Positions 44,639-58,950 are shown, counted from the first letter of the stretch. The stretch is DNA of 64,000 bases from Eledone cirrhosa (GCA_964016885.1 OZ024741.1:126542001-126606000); one strand, 5' to 3'. Translations and numbers: made by a program. The notes: generated from the sequence alone by a model not told the origin.

Positions 44639-44969
44639 TAGAACATCTAGTGGGAATGCTGAATCGAGTGTAATGGCCGCTAGTGTTATGTTGTTCACGA
44701 ACGACCTATTCAAAACTAACGGATCATTTAAATGAATGATCGTTCCAACTCATTAACAAAATAATTCAAGTGTTAAAATTGTTTTTATTTTTTATATATT
44801 GTTTTTTGTTTTGCATTTATAGGTGACGGAGACTTTTCTCGTGTAAATTGTATTAACTGGTAAATCAGTTACGTGTGTATTACTTTATAATTCATTCATA
44901 TTTAACTGATACTTTTCTCATCTAAGTTTATTGGTATGGTATGATCCCGTAATTCCTGATGGAATCGTA

Positions 44970-45220
44970 AGTGCACCGTATTGACATAGCAGATACGGCG
45001 TTTCTAGGACATTTTAAAACCTGGTGGAGCCCAATTCTCTCTAGGTTGAAACCAGCAAATGACTTGCAGAAAATGACAAAGAGAGTGAAAGAATGGAAGT
45101 GAAAAGAGATATAGAGGAAGAATCGACCCAGTACTAGACTGGTACATTTTATCGCCCTCTAATGGATGAAAATTAAAGTTGACCTCGGCGGGATTTGAAC
45201 TGAGAGAGCAGAGAGTCGCT
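44970..45220 (-). mobile_element. Older SINE relative with a long 3' tail (also ~56250-56545 minus, ~62655-62960 plus)
   Basis: Shared TTTCTAGG..TTTTAAAACCTG, GAATGGAAGTGA..GATATAGAGGA..CCCAGTACTAGACTG and the B-box region. Confidence 0.6.
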
Positions 45221-45502
45221 CCAAGGGGTCTACCATGTAAAAAGGTTGAAAAGCTATTTGTTGCTATTTGTCAGTCAAGTTTTAAAAAGCAGTCAGTTGC
45301 AGACTTGCCAACATCTAAAAATCCAAAAGTGGAGTACCATGAAAGAAAGTGCCTCAAAACGGTGATAAATGAAGCATAATGGGGAGATTTTACATAATGA
45401 AAGCTATACCCATTTTCTCAAGAGAAGACATCTTTCACCACTACCACCACCTCCAAAGTGGGTAGGAGATCTCCTCGTTGGGCGGGGAGCATTGACAGGT
45501 CT
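45220..45502. repeat. Dispersed repeat, inverted homologue at ~55890-56110
   Basis: GGGGAGATTTTAC.TAATGAAAGCTATAC..CCAAAGTGGGT.GGAGA..TTGACAGGTCT. Confidence 0.7.
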
Positions 45503-45519
45503 GGAGTTGGGATGAAAAT

Positions 45520-45850
45520 CCGCAGATTTCGACGGTGAATGTTCCAGTTGTTTGATAAATGGAAACACCTGCTCATAAAATCAACGTGTGTGTAGCTTAG
45601 CATTCAGCAGAGATGTGTAGCCTTAACGTAATTCCCAGGAAAATTCAGCGTGACACTGTGACAAAGGATGGTCATTTGAATTATAAGTACAGTCCTTCCA
45701 ACAAGCTTCCAGTTTCCATCAAATCAATTTCACTCACAGAGAATGGGTTGACCCGAGACTATAGTGAAAAACACTTTCCCATGATGCCACGCAGTGGGAT
45801 CGAACTCAACCTATTCATTGTGAAGTGAATTCATCTACCATTCAATCATG
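45520..45850 (-). mobile_element. Old CORE-like SINE (relatives near 41250, 41820, 48640, 50420, 55580, 57910, 59310, 60310)
   Basis: ACACTT.CCCA.G.TGCCACGCAGTGGGATCGAAC is the reverse complement of B box + CORE-like motif. Confidence 0.55.
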
Positions 45851-45989
45851 CAGCATCCAGTCTAGTCAGTTGCCGTTTCATTCAATATCCATCAATGGAA
45901 TAAATAAATAAATAGTTTTTCAGTTTGCACGTTCAGGTAAGTATCGTTTATGAGGCGCACAATATCTGAACTAAAATAGATCTATAATA

Positions 45990-47400
45990 ATTGTTTCTGG
46001 TTTAGGCACAAAGCCAACAATTTTTGGGGAGGGGAAAGTCGATTATATCGGCCCCAGTGCGTGACTGGTACTTTATTTTTTAGACCCCGTAAGGATAAAA
46101 GGCAAAGCTATCTTTGGTGGGATTGGAACGCAGAACGTAAAGGGATGTAACTATATGTTGCAAAGCACTCTACTGTACTTTGTGTAATAATAATTGTCTC
46201 TACTTTTGGCACAAGGCCAGCAATTATCTCAGTGCATTACTGGTACTTTATTTTATCGACCTCGTAAGGATGAAAGGCAAAGTTAACCTCGGCGGGATTT
46301 GAACTCAGATCATAAAGGGACGTAACTCTATGCTGGAAAGCATGGTGTCCGACCCTCTACCGATATTGCCAATGTAATAATAATTGTTGTGGCAGTATCG
46401 GTAGAGAGTCGAACGCCATGCTTTGCAGCAAAGAGTTACGGCCCTTTATGATCTGAGTTCAAATCCCGCCGAGGTTAACTTTGCTTTTCATCTTCACGGG
46501 GTCGATAAAATAAAGTACCAGTCAGGCACTGGGGTAGATTTAATCGACTTTCCCCTCCTCCAAAATCACTGGCCTTGTGCCTATATAAGAAACCAATAAT
46601 TGTTTCTCCTTTAGGCACAAGACCAGTAATTATCCAATGTATTACTGGTACTTTATTTTATCGACCTCGTAAGGGTGAAAGGTAAAGTTAACTTAGACGG
46701 GATTTGAACTCAGACCATAAAGGGACGTAACTATGCTGGAAAGCATGGTGTCCGACCCTCTACCGATATTGCCAATTCACCTACGCCAATGTAGTAATGA
46801 TTGTTTCTACTTTTTGGCACAAGGCCAGCAATTATCCAGTGTATTACTGGTACTTTATTTTATTGACCCCGTAAGGATGAAAGGCAAAGTTAACCTCGGC
46901 GGTATTTGAACTCAGATCATACAGGGAGGTAACTCTATACTTCAAAGCATGGAGTCCGACCCTCTACCGATACTGCCAATCCACAATAATGATTGTTTCT
47001 ACTATAGGCACAAGGCCAGAATTTGGCGGGAGGGGAAAGTCGATTAAATCGACCTCAGTACATTACTGGTGCTTTATTTTATCAACTCTGTAAGGATGAA
47101 AGGCAAAGTTAACCTCGGCGGGATTTGAACTCAGACCGTCAAGGACCGTAACTCTATGAAACAAAGCCTGTTGTCCGACACTCTATGGATAGTGCCAATC
47201 TACCAATCTCGTTTAATAATTATTTCTACTATTAGCACAAGGCCATCAATTACCCAGTACATTACTGGTACTTTATTTTATCGACCCCGTAAGGATGAAA
47301 GGCAAAGTTAACCTCGGCAGGATTTGAACTCAGAATGGCAAGGGCCGTAACTCAAAGCATGGCGTCCGACCCACTACTGATACTGCCAATTCACCGCCCT
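45990..47400. mobile_element. Cluster of seven SINE copies (six minus, one plus at ~46390-46595)
   Basis: Back-to-back ~190-bp copies separated by TAAT/(AAT)n; last copy has TSD TCTCGTTTAATAAT (47207-47220, 47401-47414). Confidence 0.9.
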
Positions 47401-47542
47401 TCTCGTTTAATAATAAAAACATAATAATAATAAATATGCTTTCCTACAAAAGAGTACTTTAGTTGGAAACTCTACACGTGTTAAGAAAAAAGTATTTTCC
47501 TCTAAAGTGTTTGTTGAACTCACCATTGTTTGGCTTGAATTA

Positions 47543-47628
<86 letters not shown>

Positions 47629-47864
47629 ACATATATATTATATATATGTGGTGGCTGCCAACTCGTTTTCGAATACGGCCATTACTTTATATCCATGTAG
47701 GAGAACCCCTACGGATGCGCTGAACGAGTGTGACTTTTTAGTCCAGCCAGCGATTTGAAAACTCTGGTACAAACACTGCACTTGTGACAATTATTGACAC
47801 CTAGTGTTGGGCCCATGGTACCATGTGATGACAAGTGCAGAAAGATCTCCAGATATAAAGCAAT

Positions 47865-47946
<82 letters not shown>

Positions 47947-48233
47947 CATCTATGGGAAGAGAGGGGATGCCTGCTCAGATGTTTCGAGGCTGGTCTCTAT
48001 AGAGAAACGTCATCTTTTGTAGATATAAGTGTATAAACAGGTTATCATGCTGTAAAGATATAAACACACACACATGCATATTCATCCCTTATGCAGAAAA
48101 GGCAGAGTAGCACCTATGGCCATTTCTAGATTTGGTCTCAGACTGGAAGAACGTTATCCCCGTGTCATGAATCTAGAACCATTAATTGCACAGAATATAT
48201 GGACTCTGATAAAGTCAACCAAACGAAATGTAG

Positions 48234-48510
48234 TGGAGGCCCGTGGCCTAATGGTAAGGGTGTTATACTTATGATTATAAAGTCGTGGATTCGATTCCTG
48301 GACTGGGTTGTGTGTTGTGTTCTTCAGTAAAACCTTTCAATTCCTGTTGCTACAGTGCACGTCACTGAAAATTAGTACTACCAGTAGCTGGAGGTTTAAC
48401 CTGCGATGGACTGGCATCCTGTCCAGAGGCAGTCTCGTACTGTCTATCACTTCACGCCGCAAATACCGGGATAAGCACCGGCCTGATGAGCCTCCGGACT
48501 CAAGAGAGCT
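48234..48510 (+). mobile_element. Second tRNA-derived SINE family (head fragment also at ~41514-41620)
   Basis: A box TGGCCTAATGG, B box GATTCGATTCC, AACCTGCGATGGACTGGCATCCTGTCCAG, ACCGGGATAAGCACCGGCCTGATG. Confidence 0.7.
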
Positions 48511-49677
48511 TTTAGACTTAGAAAGGAAATGTGGTGGTGTTCAACTGGCAAACAAGTAGTCTTTTTACAAGAGTCAATCAATTGATTACTCAATGCATCT
48601 CCATGTTACGGAAAATAAACAAACAGTAAACGTAAAGACACACATACACAGGTTTCCATAGAGATTCCACCTCCCGATATTTACTCATAAATCTTTGGTC
48701 AATCACGAGCTATAGAAGAAAGCAGTCAACGTACAACGTAATGGGACTTAACACAAGACCATAATATTACGAAGCGAATCTTTAACTATACAGTTATACC
48801 GAAGAAGTAATTAAAACATGTGTTAATCATTATACGAAACTTTCGCTTCGAATATGGAATTGAACCCTATCTCCTTAGGGGGTCTCTCTACTGTAGGTAA
48901 GGGATCCTCGTAAAATAGTAACTTTGTGGTCTTCCAAGTTAATTTCCGAAAGGAAACAAGCTTCAATTACATATATCGTATAAATGTAATTAATTTTATT
49001 TTCACTGCTTCACCATTGCGACTCTCCATATTTCACTGTCTTGTTTGTCGTTGTTGTAAACCGTAAACAACCATTAGAACATACATTAGAATGCTTAGAG
49101 CCCTCAGTTAACCATCCTTCATTAAAGAAATCTATCTTATGAACTTGTTACAGTAAGCTGTGAAACTTGGTAACTTTGCTTATCACGATTAATGAACGGA
49201 GACTGCACATTATATATTAGCTTAAACATATGGTATTGTGAGATACGATGTTTATAGTGGAGATAAATTAATGTAATTACGAGTGATTATTTTTTAGTAG
49301 CTTTGTGGGAGAGAAATTGAGGAAGCTTTGTAAGAGCTTTAAATGATGCTTGACAAGTAAGGAGTTGAAGGAGGAGTAAATTAACACGTCAACTTCAGTC
49401 GATATGCTAAATAAATAAATAATACACTAGAGAGAAATCGATTAGGTTGCAGGAAACATTAGAAGAAATACACGAAACATTACAGAAATAGTTATACTAA
49501 AGCAGTTACGGAAAACAAGTAATAATTATTAAAACAGAATAAAAATAGATTCACAATTCAAACAGTCAATATAAATTGTCGTGATACCATCCAAAGTAAC
49601 GATTCTCAAGGTAAGGTGTACGCCCCACTGGTGGAGCGTAGGCGTTTAAGAATATGTCAGGAAATCATAAAAATAAT

Positions 49678-49776
49678 TGTTTCTACTTTAGGCACAAGGC
49701 CACCAATTACCCAGTGCATTACTGGTACTTTATTTTATCGACCCCGTAAGGATGAAAGGCAAAGTCAACCTCGGCG
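49678..49776 (-). mobile_element. 5'-truncated SINE with an 18-bp TSD
   Basis: GGAAATCATAAAAATAAT at 49660-49677 and 49777-49794. Confidence 0.9.
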
Positions 49777-50099
49777 GGAAATCATAAAAATAATGTTGAT
49801 TGAGAAGATAAACTCGTTAGGTTGGTGTGAAAAGATGTGATTTATCAACACTACAAACAGGGAAACTGACTGTGAATCTTGAAATGTAGAGATTCAAGAT
49901 TGATTGAAAATTACAAAATAAACCCTTCGAATGAAGAGGAATCTGCAGCCAGCATCAGAGGCAAGGTTTCCACTGAAGTGGCAATAATTGTTGGATGTGT
50001 GTTTGAGAAGATTGAGATATTGACGAAGTAATAGTAGAATATGTAATATATCTTCCAGTTTATACCAGTTCTTAATTTTCTGAATCGTGTTAAGATACT

Positions 50100-50275
50100 G
50101 TAAATATGTGCTAAAATATTTTTGTAGAAATCTACTTTACATTATATTGAGAAAGGAAGGTTTTATGTGTAATACTAGAGCTGCATAGCTAGAGGTTTTA
50201 TCTAAGAATTTATTCTTTCTGATTTATTACACTAAGGCAAACAGGTTTTGCAGTCCAACATGGTAATATCTAAAT
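50100..50275. repeat. ~175-bp dispersed duplication (second copy ~53025-53200)
   Basis: ATGTGCTAAA..AATCTACTTTACATTATATT..CTAGAGCTGCATAG..GCAAACAGGTTTTGCAGT. Confidence 0.8.
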
Positions 50276-50302
50276 GACAAACCCACACCTCCTCCTCCTC
50301 CG

Positions 50303-50393
<91 letters not shown>

Positions 50394-51777
50394 ACTCACT
50401 CACTCTCTCTCTCTCTCAACGAGCTTTACCAAATTTTAACTCATATCAACCCGAAGCTATAGTATAATAGCAAACATATAGACAAGGGCCTACGCAATAA
50501 GACTGAATCTGAAACTACATTGTTGCGAAGTGAACTTCTTAATCGGACAGCCTTGTCTGCGTCTATGTTAAGTTGTCCGTTCTGAGTTCAAAACCTTGTG
50601 TGCTTTTAGACTCTAATAAAAATCATTCACACCTTGTTCAATTCTATCGCTCCATGCTAAAGTTCAACTCAATACTAGAAGCTATTTTAACCTTTTCCTT
50701 ACTATATTTTAATGAAAACCACTGCTTATAGTTTTCAAATCTCTCTCTCTCTTTCTTTCTCTCCGTCTGTCTCTCCCACTATGATATCGTTTTCTTGAAA
50801 ACACAAGATATTCCTCAATAGTTACAATAAAGCACAAAGTATACAGCAATGACATGTGGTACTACATTTTATCGAACTCTGAAAGAATAGAAAGCAAATT
50901 TGATATTAATGTCGGTGGGGTTTGCACTCAGAACGTAAAGTTTCGTACTCTCAGTCGTTTAAAACCCCATGAAACCGGGTAATATGATACTACTAGCGAT
51001 TCTACCAATGCACTGAACTTATCAGCCATAATATGCCGTGTTATATATATGAGAAAGCGATACATTTTGGGAGGTCCTACTATATCAGGTGTTAAACTAA
51101 TATATTTCTTCATTGTACTGTGTTGTTTGCTTTTTTGTTTTCGTATACTTTTTACTTAGATAAATGAATAATGTAATTGTTTAAACATTACACACACCTA
51201 TTTCCTATCTCAGTCAGGTAGCTAAGAGAAGTTTTATTTCCAATCATAACATTCCGGATTTTAACCCTACATTTGTTTAAGTAAATAGCTCTTTCTTCAA
51301 CGATACTCATATATTATTTAATCCTGTATGTCATCACTCCCCGCTCTCTCACTCACTCACTCACTCTCTCTCCTACTCACCCACTCTCCCACTCACCCGC
51401 TCCTCCACTCACTCTCTCTCCCACTTACTCTCTCCCACTTACTCTCTCTCCCACTCTCTCTCCCAGTCTGTCCTGTGCTCAAATCTATTCATATGGCATA
51501 TATTGGCATCTAACCTTATGCCCATTTTCCTTAAAATAAAAGATGCTAAAAGGTATTTAAGTATGCATAACATAATGTTTATATTTTATTTAGAATATCT
51601 AAATACAGAAAGTAATAAAGGAGATATTAGAAACATGTATTATACGAAAATTATATAATATTTACAGAACTTCAGTATATACAATGTTTTTACACACACA
51701 CACACATAAAAGAAACTTCGTTCTCTCCGTCTCATTGTATTTCTCAATAACAACAATAATAATCACCTGTCATTAGT

Positions 51778-52268
51778 CTGAGTTCAAATCCCACTGAGGT
51801 TAACTTTGCCTTTCATCCTTACGGGGTCGATAAAATAAAGTACCAGTAATGCACTGGGTAATTGATGGCCTTGTGCCAAAAGTAGAAACAATTATACTGA
51901 GTCTTTCAATCCCGCCGAGGTTAACTTTGCCTTTCATCCTTACGGGGTCGATAAAATAAAGTACCAGTAATGCACTGGGTAATTGATGGCCTTGTGCCAA
52001 AAGTAGAAACAATTATACTGAGTCTTTCAATCCCGCCGAGGTTAACTTTGCCTTTCATCCTTACGGGGTCGATAAAATAAAGTACCAGTAATGCACTGGG
52101 TAATTGATGGCCTTGTGCCAAAAGTAGAAACAATTATACTGAGTCTTTCAATCCCGCCGAGGTTAACTTTGCCTTTCATCCTTACGAGGTCGATAAAATA
52201 AAGTACCAGTAATGTACTGGGTATGTGCTGGCCTTGTGCCAATAGTAGAAACAATTATACTGAGTCTT
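51778..52268 (+). repeat. Tandem array of four 121-bp truncated SINE units
   Basis: TTAACTTTGCC at 51800, 51921, 52042, 52163. Confidence 0.95.
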
Positions 52269-52845
52269 TTTTTAAATGCCTGTTGCATTGTTAGACATAC
52301 GTATTCTTTTTGTTTGTTCGCGCGTTACGTTTGAGAGAGAGGGAAGAGGTGGAATAATATTTCCCTCTTTATATATAGATAGCATGACGAACGGGCGGAC
52401 ATGCAGACATGGGCTCTTATAGTATAGATTATAAACAAGAGTACTTGTGTGCTAGAAAGAGCAGTACATTATCCCCCCTCCCTCGCCCCCTCCCTCATTC
52501 TGTTTTCGGAAAAAAATCGATGGCGATATATCGGAGGTCAGATAAATTGAAAATACAGGAACAACCTTAATTATAATCAATTTCATTTAGTGTTATTAGC
52601 GGTCAACATATAAACAAATAAACTTCCTTTTGATAAGTATTATAAATATGTTGACTATTTATGCAATTATATCCTAGAAATAAAATATTAGTTTATTTAT
52701 TTCATCATTAATCACTTCCACGTGTCAGTAATCAGCAAGAATTGTAGGGTTTCTCTTATGCAAACCATTAATTTCCTAGTTTATATGATTGTTTATGTAA
52801 CTAGCAAAGCTGGTAAATATAACATACCAATCCTCGACTTTAAAA

Positions 52846-52953
52846 ATCCCGCCAAGGTTAACTTTGCCTTTCATTCTTACGGGGTCGATAAAATAAAGTA
52901 CCAGTAATGCACTGGGTAATTACTGGCTTTGTGCCAAAACGTAGAAACAATTA
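52846..52953 (+). mobile_element. 5'-truncated SINE
   Basis: Homology to the main family. Confidence 0.85.
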
Positions 52954-53710
52954 TTGACGGTATGGGTCCACTAGTTTGTTTAGCAGAGAGTTGTATATTT
53001 TCTGAACGGGGTTAAGTTGGTGTGAACATGTGCTAAAGTATGTTTGCAAGAATCTACTTTACATTATATTAAGAGAGGAAAGTTTGTATATGTAACACTA
53101 GAGCTGCATAGTTAAAGGTTTTATCTAGGAATTTTTTTCCCTTTCTGATTTATTACACTAATGCAAACAGGTTTTGCAGTTCAACCTGTTAATATCTAAA
53201 CGGCACGTATACGCACACGCAGACACACATAAATGCATAAACACATTTACCGACACACACACACCTGCATACAGCCACCTAACTACATACTCCTGCATGA
53301 ATACACGCATAAGCCAAATTACTTGCACATACACCCATACACATCTTCACCCTCCTTCTACACATACGCTTACCGGCGCACATGCCTGTAACCACACACA
53401 CACAGATTCGTACATCCAGCTAGATACACATCTAGCTAGATACACACGCACACACACACCTAGCTAGATACACACGCACTCACATCTAGCTAGATACACA
53501 TGCATACGCATCAAGCTATCTATAGACACGGACGGACGGACAGGCAGACGGGCGGGTTCGGGCGAGCGGACGGACGGACAGACAGGAAAAATGCCTTGCG
53601 GTACAGTATCCATTGTGGTGGGTGTTCTAATCTGACTTCAAATCCCGCTGAGGCCAATTTTTCGGTGTTACTAAGTAAACTATAAATTAAATACTGAGGT
53701 GGATTCCTCT

Positions 53711-53777
<67 letters not shown>

Positions 53778-53991
53778 TCTCTCTCTCCCTCTCTCTCTCT
53801 CCCCCTCTCTCTCTCTCCCTACCAGTCAAAATCGGGTTGTGTTCAAATCTGGAGACGGATGGGCTCTAACAAGTTTAAAAGTTTTTAATACACGTTATAT
53901 ATAAGGACGATACTCCTATGAATATTCAACGAAGGTAGATACTCAACTATCACTCACCCCACACATGTCTCTCTTCCTCTCTCTCTCCCTC

Positions 53992-54045
<54 letters not shown>

Positions 54046-54058
54046 CTTCATATATATA

Positions 54059-54093
<35 letters not shown>

Positions 54094-54165
54094 AGCGTGA
54101 ACCTAATAAACTTTTATTTGTACTGCCTCTCTGTTTTTGCTCCCGCCCAAGTGTTCACCGGGAGG

Positions 54166-54214
<49 letters not shown>

Positions 54215-54219
<5 letters not shown>

Positions 54220-55015
54220 GTATAAACGGAAAAAATGAAACGAAATTGGTTTTCTCACTCTTACGGCTGTTACTTAAATATAAGTATGTATGCGTACATA
54301 CATATATGTATACAGACGTACAGTAGTATGCACATATATACATACATGCACACATATATATATGTACGTATGGATTTACCGAACATTTATTATAATGCTC
54401 TGTGTGTTTGTAAACAAACATCCCGTATTAAGCCGTAGTGTCTAGCAACCATCGATGCTCATTTGTTCAACACTGACAAAGGAACGCTGTACTAGTTTCA
54501 AGCTTATTAGCTATCGTCAGCAACGTATACCTTCCTGCCAGATGATTGAACGTCTGAAAGCATATACTTTCCTTATGCATATTAACGGCTGAGCAGCCTA
54601 ATTTGCATATCGAGTGAGTTAATCGGCCGGGTGCACCGAAAACGATAAACGGAATAAAATGAAACGAAATTTCATTTCTCACTCTTAGTACGGCTGTTTC
54701 TTAAATATAAGTATGTATACGTACATACATATATGTATACAGACGTACAGTAGTATGTATATATATATATACATACATGTACACATATATATATGTACGT
54801 ATGGATTCACCGAACATTTATTATAATGCTCGGTGTGTTTGTAAACAAACATCCCGAATTAAGCCGTAGTGTCTAGCAACCATCGATGCTCATTTGTTCA
54901 ACACTGACAAAGGAACGCTGTACTAGTTTCAAGCTTAATAGCTTGAAACTAGTATGTATACGTATGGCAGGAAGGTATACGTTGCTGACGATAGCTAATA
55001 AGCTTGAAACTAGTA
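54215..55015 (-). mobile_element. Family D tandem (~430-bp period, ~1.7 units) with HHR at 54484-54526 and short inverted HHR pieces
   Basis: GTAAACAAACATCCCG at 54410 and 54841; reverse complement ACGTTG-CTGACGA-TAGCTAATAAGCTT-GAAA-CTAG-TA-CAGCGT; plus-strand piece 54979-55015. Confidence 0.85.
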
Positions 55016-57452
55016 TACAAAGCAGTCAAATTCATAACAATTTTATAAAATCCAATACTTTGCAGTATTCCCTTATCTAAGGTGTACGTCATGAGTTAAA
55101 ATCTTCTTTACCTTTCAGTTATATAACGACACTAATTTAGTCGATTAACACTATATATGGAGGGTTGTAGAAATGTGAGAAACTATTATTTAATTAGAAT
55201 TCGATGCTGGACGCTCTGGCAGGGCGTTAAAATAAAATGCCTTGTAGACAAAAACATGGTCAAGTTTTAAGAAGACAATTCGGACAAAAGAAACAATGAT
55301 TCCATTACTGACACTATCTGCCGGACACAACTCTTCACAGAATGAGCATTGTGAAATAAATTATTTTCTGAAGGAACACAAAAGGCCGATCGGTCAGGAA
55401 TAGAAGAAACCTTATAATCGTGACCCTAACAGTTTAACCACTAGGCAATGCTTTAGGTTTATTCATTATAACCATCTGTTCATATATTTTCCAGATCATG
55501 ATGATGAAACACAAAGTCGACTCTGAAAATATCACAACGTAAAACTGTGGAGTAAAACTAATTCCCTATGATATTTAGATGAATAAATCTTCCACCGATT
55601 TCGACGATGAACATTCAGTTTTTGAACAACTTAATGTTCAACTAGCGGCTAAGTATTCTGCAGATGCATCTAACATTAACGTAATTTCCAAGCTATGCCA
55701 GAGTGACAGGGTGGAAAAAGGCTGAAGCTCATTGCAGTCACAGTCCATTTAAAAGGCTTCCGAACGGCTTCCGTCTACCCAAATACACTCACATAGGTTG
55801 CATCGTCTTGATGCTAGAGTAGAAAATACTTGCCCAAAATATCACACAGTTGTATCAAACCCAAGAGCTTGTAATTGCATAGAAAACTTTAGACCTGTCA
55901 ACTCTTCCTGTCCGACGGGGAGGTCTCCCACCCACTTTGGGGTGGGTGTGAGATGACCTCTCTTGTGAAAATCAGTATAGCTTTCATTACGTAAAATCTC
56001 CCCACTTTAACTCATTTCTCCCCCTTTTGGGGCACTTTTTTTCACGATATTCCCCGTTTGCGTTTTTAGAGGTTGGTAGGTCTGTAACTTCTTAAACACT
56101 TGACCATGTTACATTCGTTTGCAATACAAAATATATTTTAGTTACTTTAACGTCGTTCTAAGCAAACACGAAACATTCATGAGATAAATATGAGAAAATG
56201 TCTGTTTGATTGATACAACAATGCATGCATGGTCCTGTAACTCCTGGTGGAGCCGTAGGGGTCCCGTAGTGACTTACTGCATTTCTAGGGTATTTTAAAA
56301 CCTGACGCAACCCATCTCCTCTCCGGATTTAAATACAGCAGATTTCTTCGAGATAATGATAGTGCGAGAATGGAAGTGAGAAAGGGATATAGAGGACGAA
56401 TAGAACCCAGTACTAGACTGATACTTTTTATATCGATCTGGAATGAACGAAAGGCAAGGTTGAGCTCGGCGGAATTTGAACGCAGAGAGCGGAAACGAAT
56501 ACTGCAGAGCGTTCTGTCCGAGGTTCTCACGACTGGGCCAATTCACCGTCCATATCGATAATACACTGTAAATAGAGATAGAATTTTTACTGTGAATCAT
56601 ATTAATCTAGATCTATACATCTATTACAGAGATATTGAACTTTATCTAATTAAGATTAGGAAATGATCATCGAACCACGTAGAGTGGGAGTAAATATTTA
56701 AAATATCAGCAATTAATAGAAAAGTAATGTAATTATATCGATATTATATCGATTAAAATTATGGAAGAATTGATAACAGTTAATTTAGAATTTTCTCTCT
56801 ATTTATCAGGCCAATTTTCCATGATTGGTGCGTAATGTAAATTGTGTTGCATGGATTTTGGTTTATCTGCTTATTAGTTAAGAGGATCGTATTGTTTGCT
56901 CAGCAGCTCATAGAATATCTCGTAGTGTATATTCTGGTTCTCTCCCTTCTGAATTCAAATCCCACACAAGTCAAATTTGTCAGTCATCTATTCGGGTTGA
57001 TAAAACAAACTATCAGTCAAGCCAACAGTGCAGGTTCATGTTCAAGTCTTTTCTACTATTGCCTTGGTTTTGAACAATATTTTGTGTGCGGAATTCAATA
57101 AACAAAATATTAACACAACATAGTTCTGTTCATTCTCATTCTCTAATGGTGCTGTTATTTACTGCGAATTCATACTTTCCGTTTGGGTTTAATTATCTCC
57201 CTTTCTTTCGACAACTTCCGTCTAAACTCCTCTGTCCTTTTCCAGTGACACTCGATTCGATTGCACGATTGTCTCTGTTCCTAAAAGACAGTAATAGACT
57301 AAAAGGCAAACGCCAGCCCTAACAGCGTTAGCCTTCTCTTGCGTGTCCAGTCCTTTTAAATCCAGGTATTTTATTATTTTGTTTTGTCACCAGTTTCAAA
57401 TTAGTTTTACAATGTGGGAGTGTCAAATTTTAAATCACCCAAACTAACTAAA

Positions 57453-57641
57453 TACTGTCTGTTCGTTGTTTACGCGAACTTGAAGTACGAGAATTCACTT
57501 TCTCTTTAAAAAAATATTAAATATTCACTTTGCGCGAATAACGCGCTAAAGGCGTGTGGCTTTTAATTTTTTATTTATCAGAAATATAATATGCGAAATA
57601 CGCGAATTACGCATCTTCACATAAAAAGCGAACAGACAGTA
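57453..57641. mobile_element. MITE-like element with terminal inverted repeats
   Basis: TACTGTCTGTTCG / CGAACAGACAGTA, internal CGCGAA motifs. Confidence 0.6.
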
Positions 57642-57806
57642 TTTCGAAATGAATAGGTGATGAGCTGACTTCTTTGTTTTCGTTTTGTTCTAATTTGCCA
57701 TCACATATGTGCTAAACTTGTACATTTAACTATTTCTCGCGTGTTACCACTATGTCTTTTTCTTTTACTGATATTTCAGTTGCACGCACGCAAGCACGCA
57801 AGCACC

Positions 57807-57893
<87 letters not shown>

Positions 57894-58619
57894 TTATATA
57901 AATATTTGAAGGGATTTCACATAATTTTACTTTACCAAATTCAGTCACATGGAATTGATCAATCCGAGTCTATAGTAGAAGTCACTTGCCTAAGATGCCA
58001 CCAAGTCGGACTGAACACAAAACCATTTGGTTGCGAAGCGAACTTCTTAATGGCAGAACCATACATTTATATTTGTTTACCTCAAATGCTGCACAATATC
58101 TATTTACTCAATGACATTCCTTAATTGTTGAAAGACAGTAATAGACTGTAAATTTCTTTCAATGTGTGTCTACATTTATACAGGAAATCTATTTTGACGA
58201 TCTATGACATAATCAAAGTGTTTACCTTACCAATCATAATTGTTTCTACGTTTGGAACAAGGCCATCAATTACCCAGTACATTACTGGTACTTTAGCAAT
58301 TAAACACTATGGCTTCTCGGCTTTAAAGAGATATTTAAGTTGTGACATATATTAACTTCAGCATCCTAGCTCTCATGAAAGATTTTGTGTCATCATTTAT
58401 ATACCGATGTTTCACAATAAGACAAATCTCGAATACTAATACACAATATAAAGTGGTCGTTCTATTTTCTTTCGTAACGCCTACCATCAAGATGACCACG
58501 TAGTAGTATGTGTGTGGGAAGTGTTCGCGGTACGGAAACCGGAAAGACCACAGATCAGGATACTATTCTATGCATGTTTAGGTACAGAATTGTAGAGTTG
58601 TTAGTAATTACCGAATGAA

Positions 58620-58950
58620 TGGATTCGTGAATATAAGCGACCGAAATGGGATTTCTTCCGAAGAGTGTCTGGAGTAGCCCTACTTAATAGAGTGTGTAGC
58701 ACGGATATCAAGAAGCCGCTACTTCTCCAGTACTATAGATATGTGGTTAGAGTATCTAAGGAACGAATCGCAGGACAGATTTTAAAGAGCAAAGGCCAAC
58801 CGACATGAGACCCAGAGGTAGAGCACGAACAAGGTTTGATAACATCCATAAGCTCCGTTGTTTTTACTTAAGGATCCAGCAAATCATTCGGTTACAGTTA
58901 CTTCTGATAGGACCCTCTGGAAGACATATCTTCGGCCTCTGCTCTCACGA
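58620..58950 (+). mobile_element. Degraded RTE-clade LINE 3' fragment
   Basis: Frameshifted translation resembles ATEMGF.RRVSGVALLNRV..QYYRYVVRVSKERIAGQIL..RPRGRARTR. Confidence 0.55.

Noticed and set aside
45915-45942. Possible micro-exon (TTTTCAG...CAG|GTAAGT)
   Set aside because: Splice-like motifs alone are common by chance and there is no supporting coding context
49250-50060. Purine-rich stretch resembling a decayed LINE ORF1 (and a possible PLE endonuclease remnant at 59880-60300)
   Set aside because: Too degraded to support by eye; it would need a tBLASTn/HMM search
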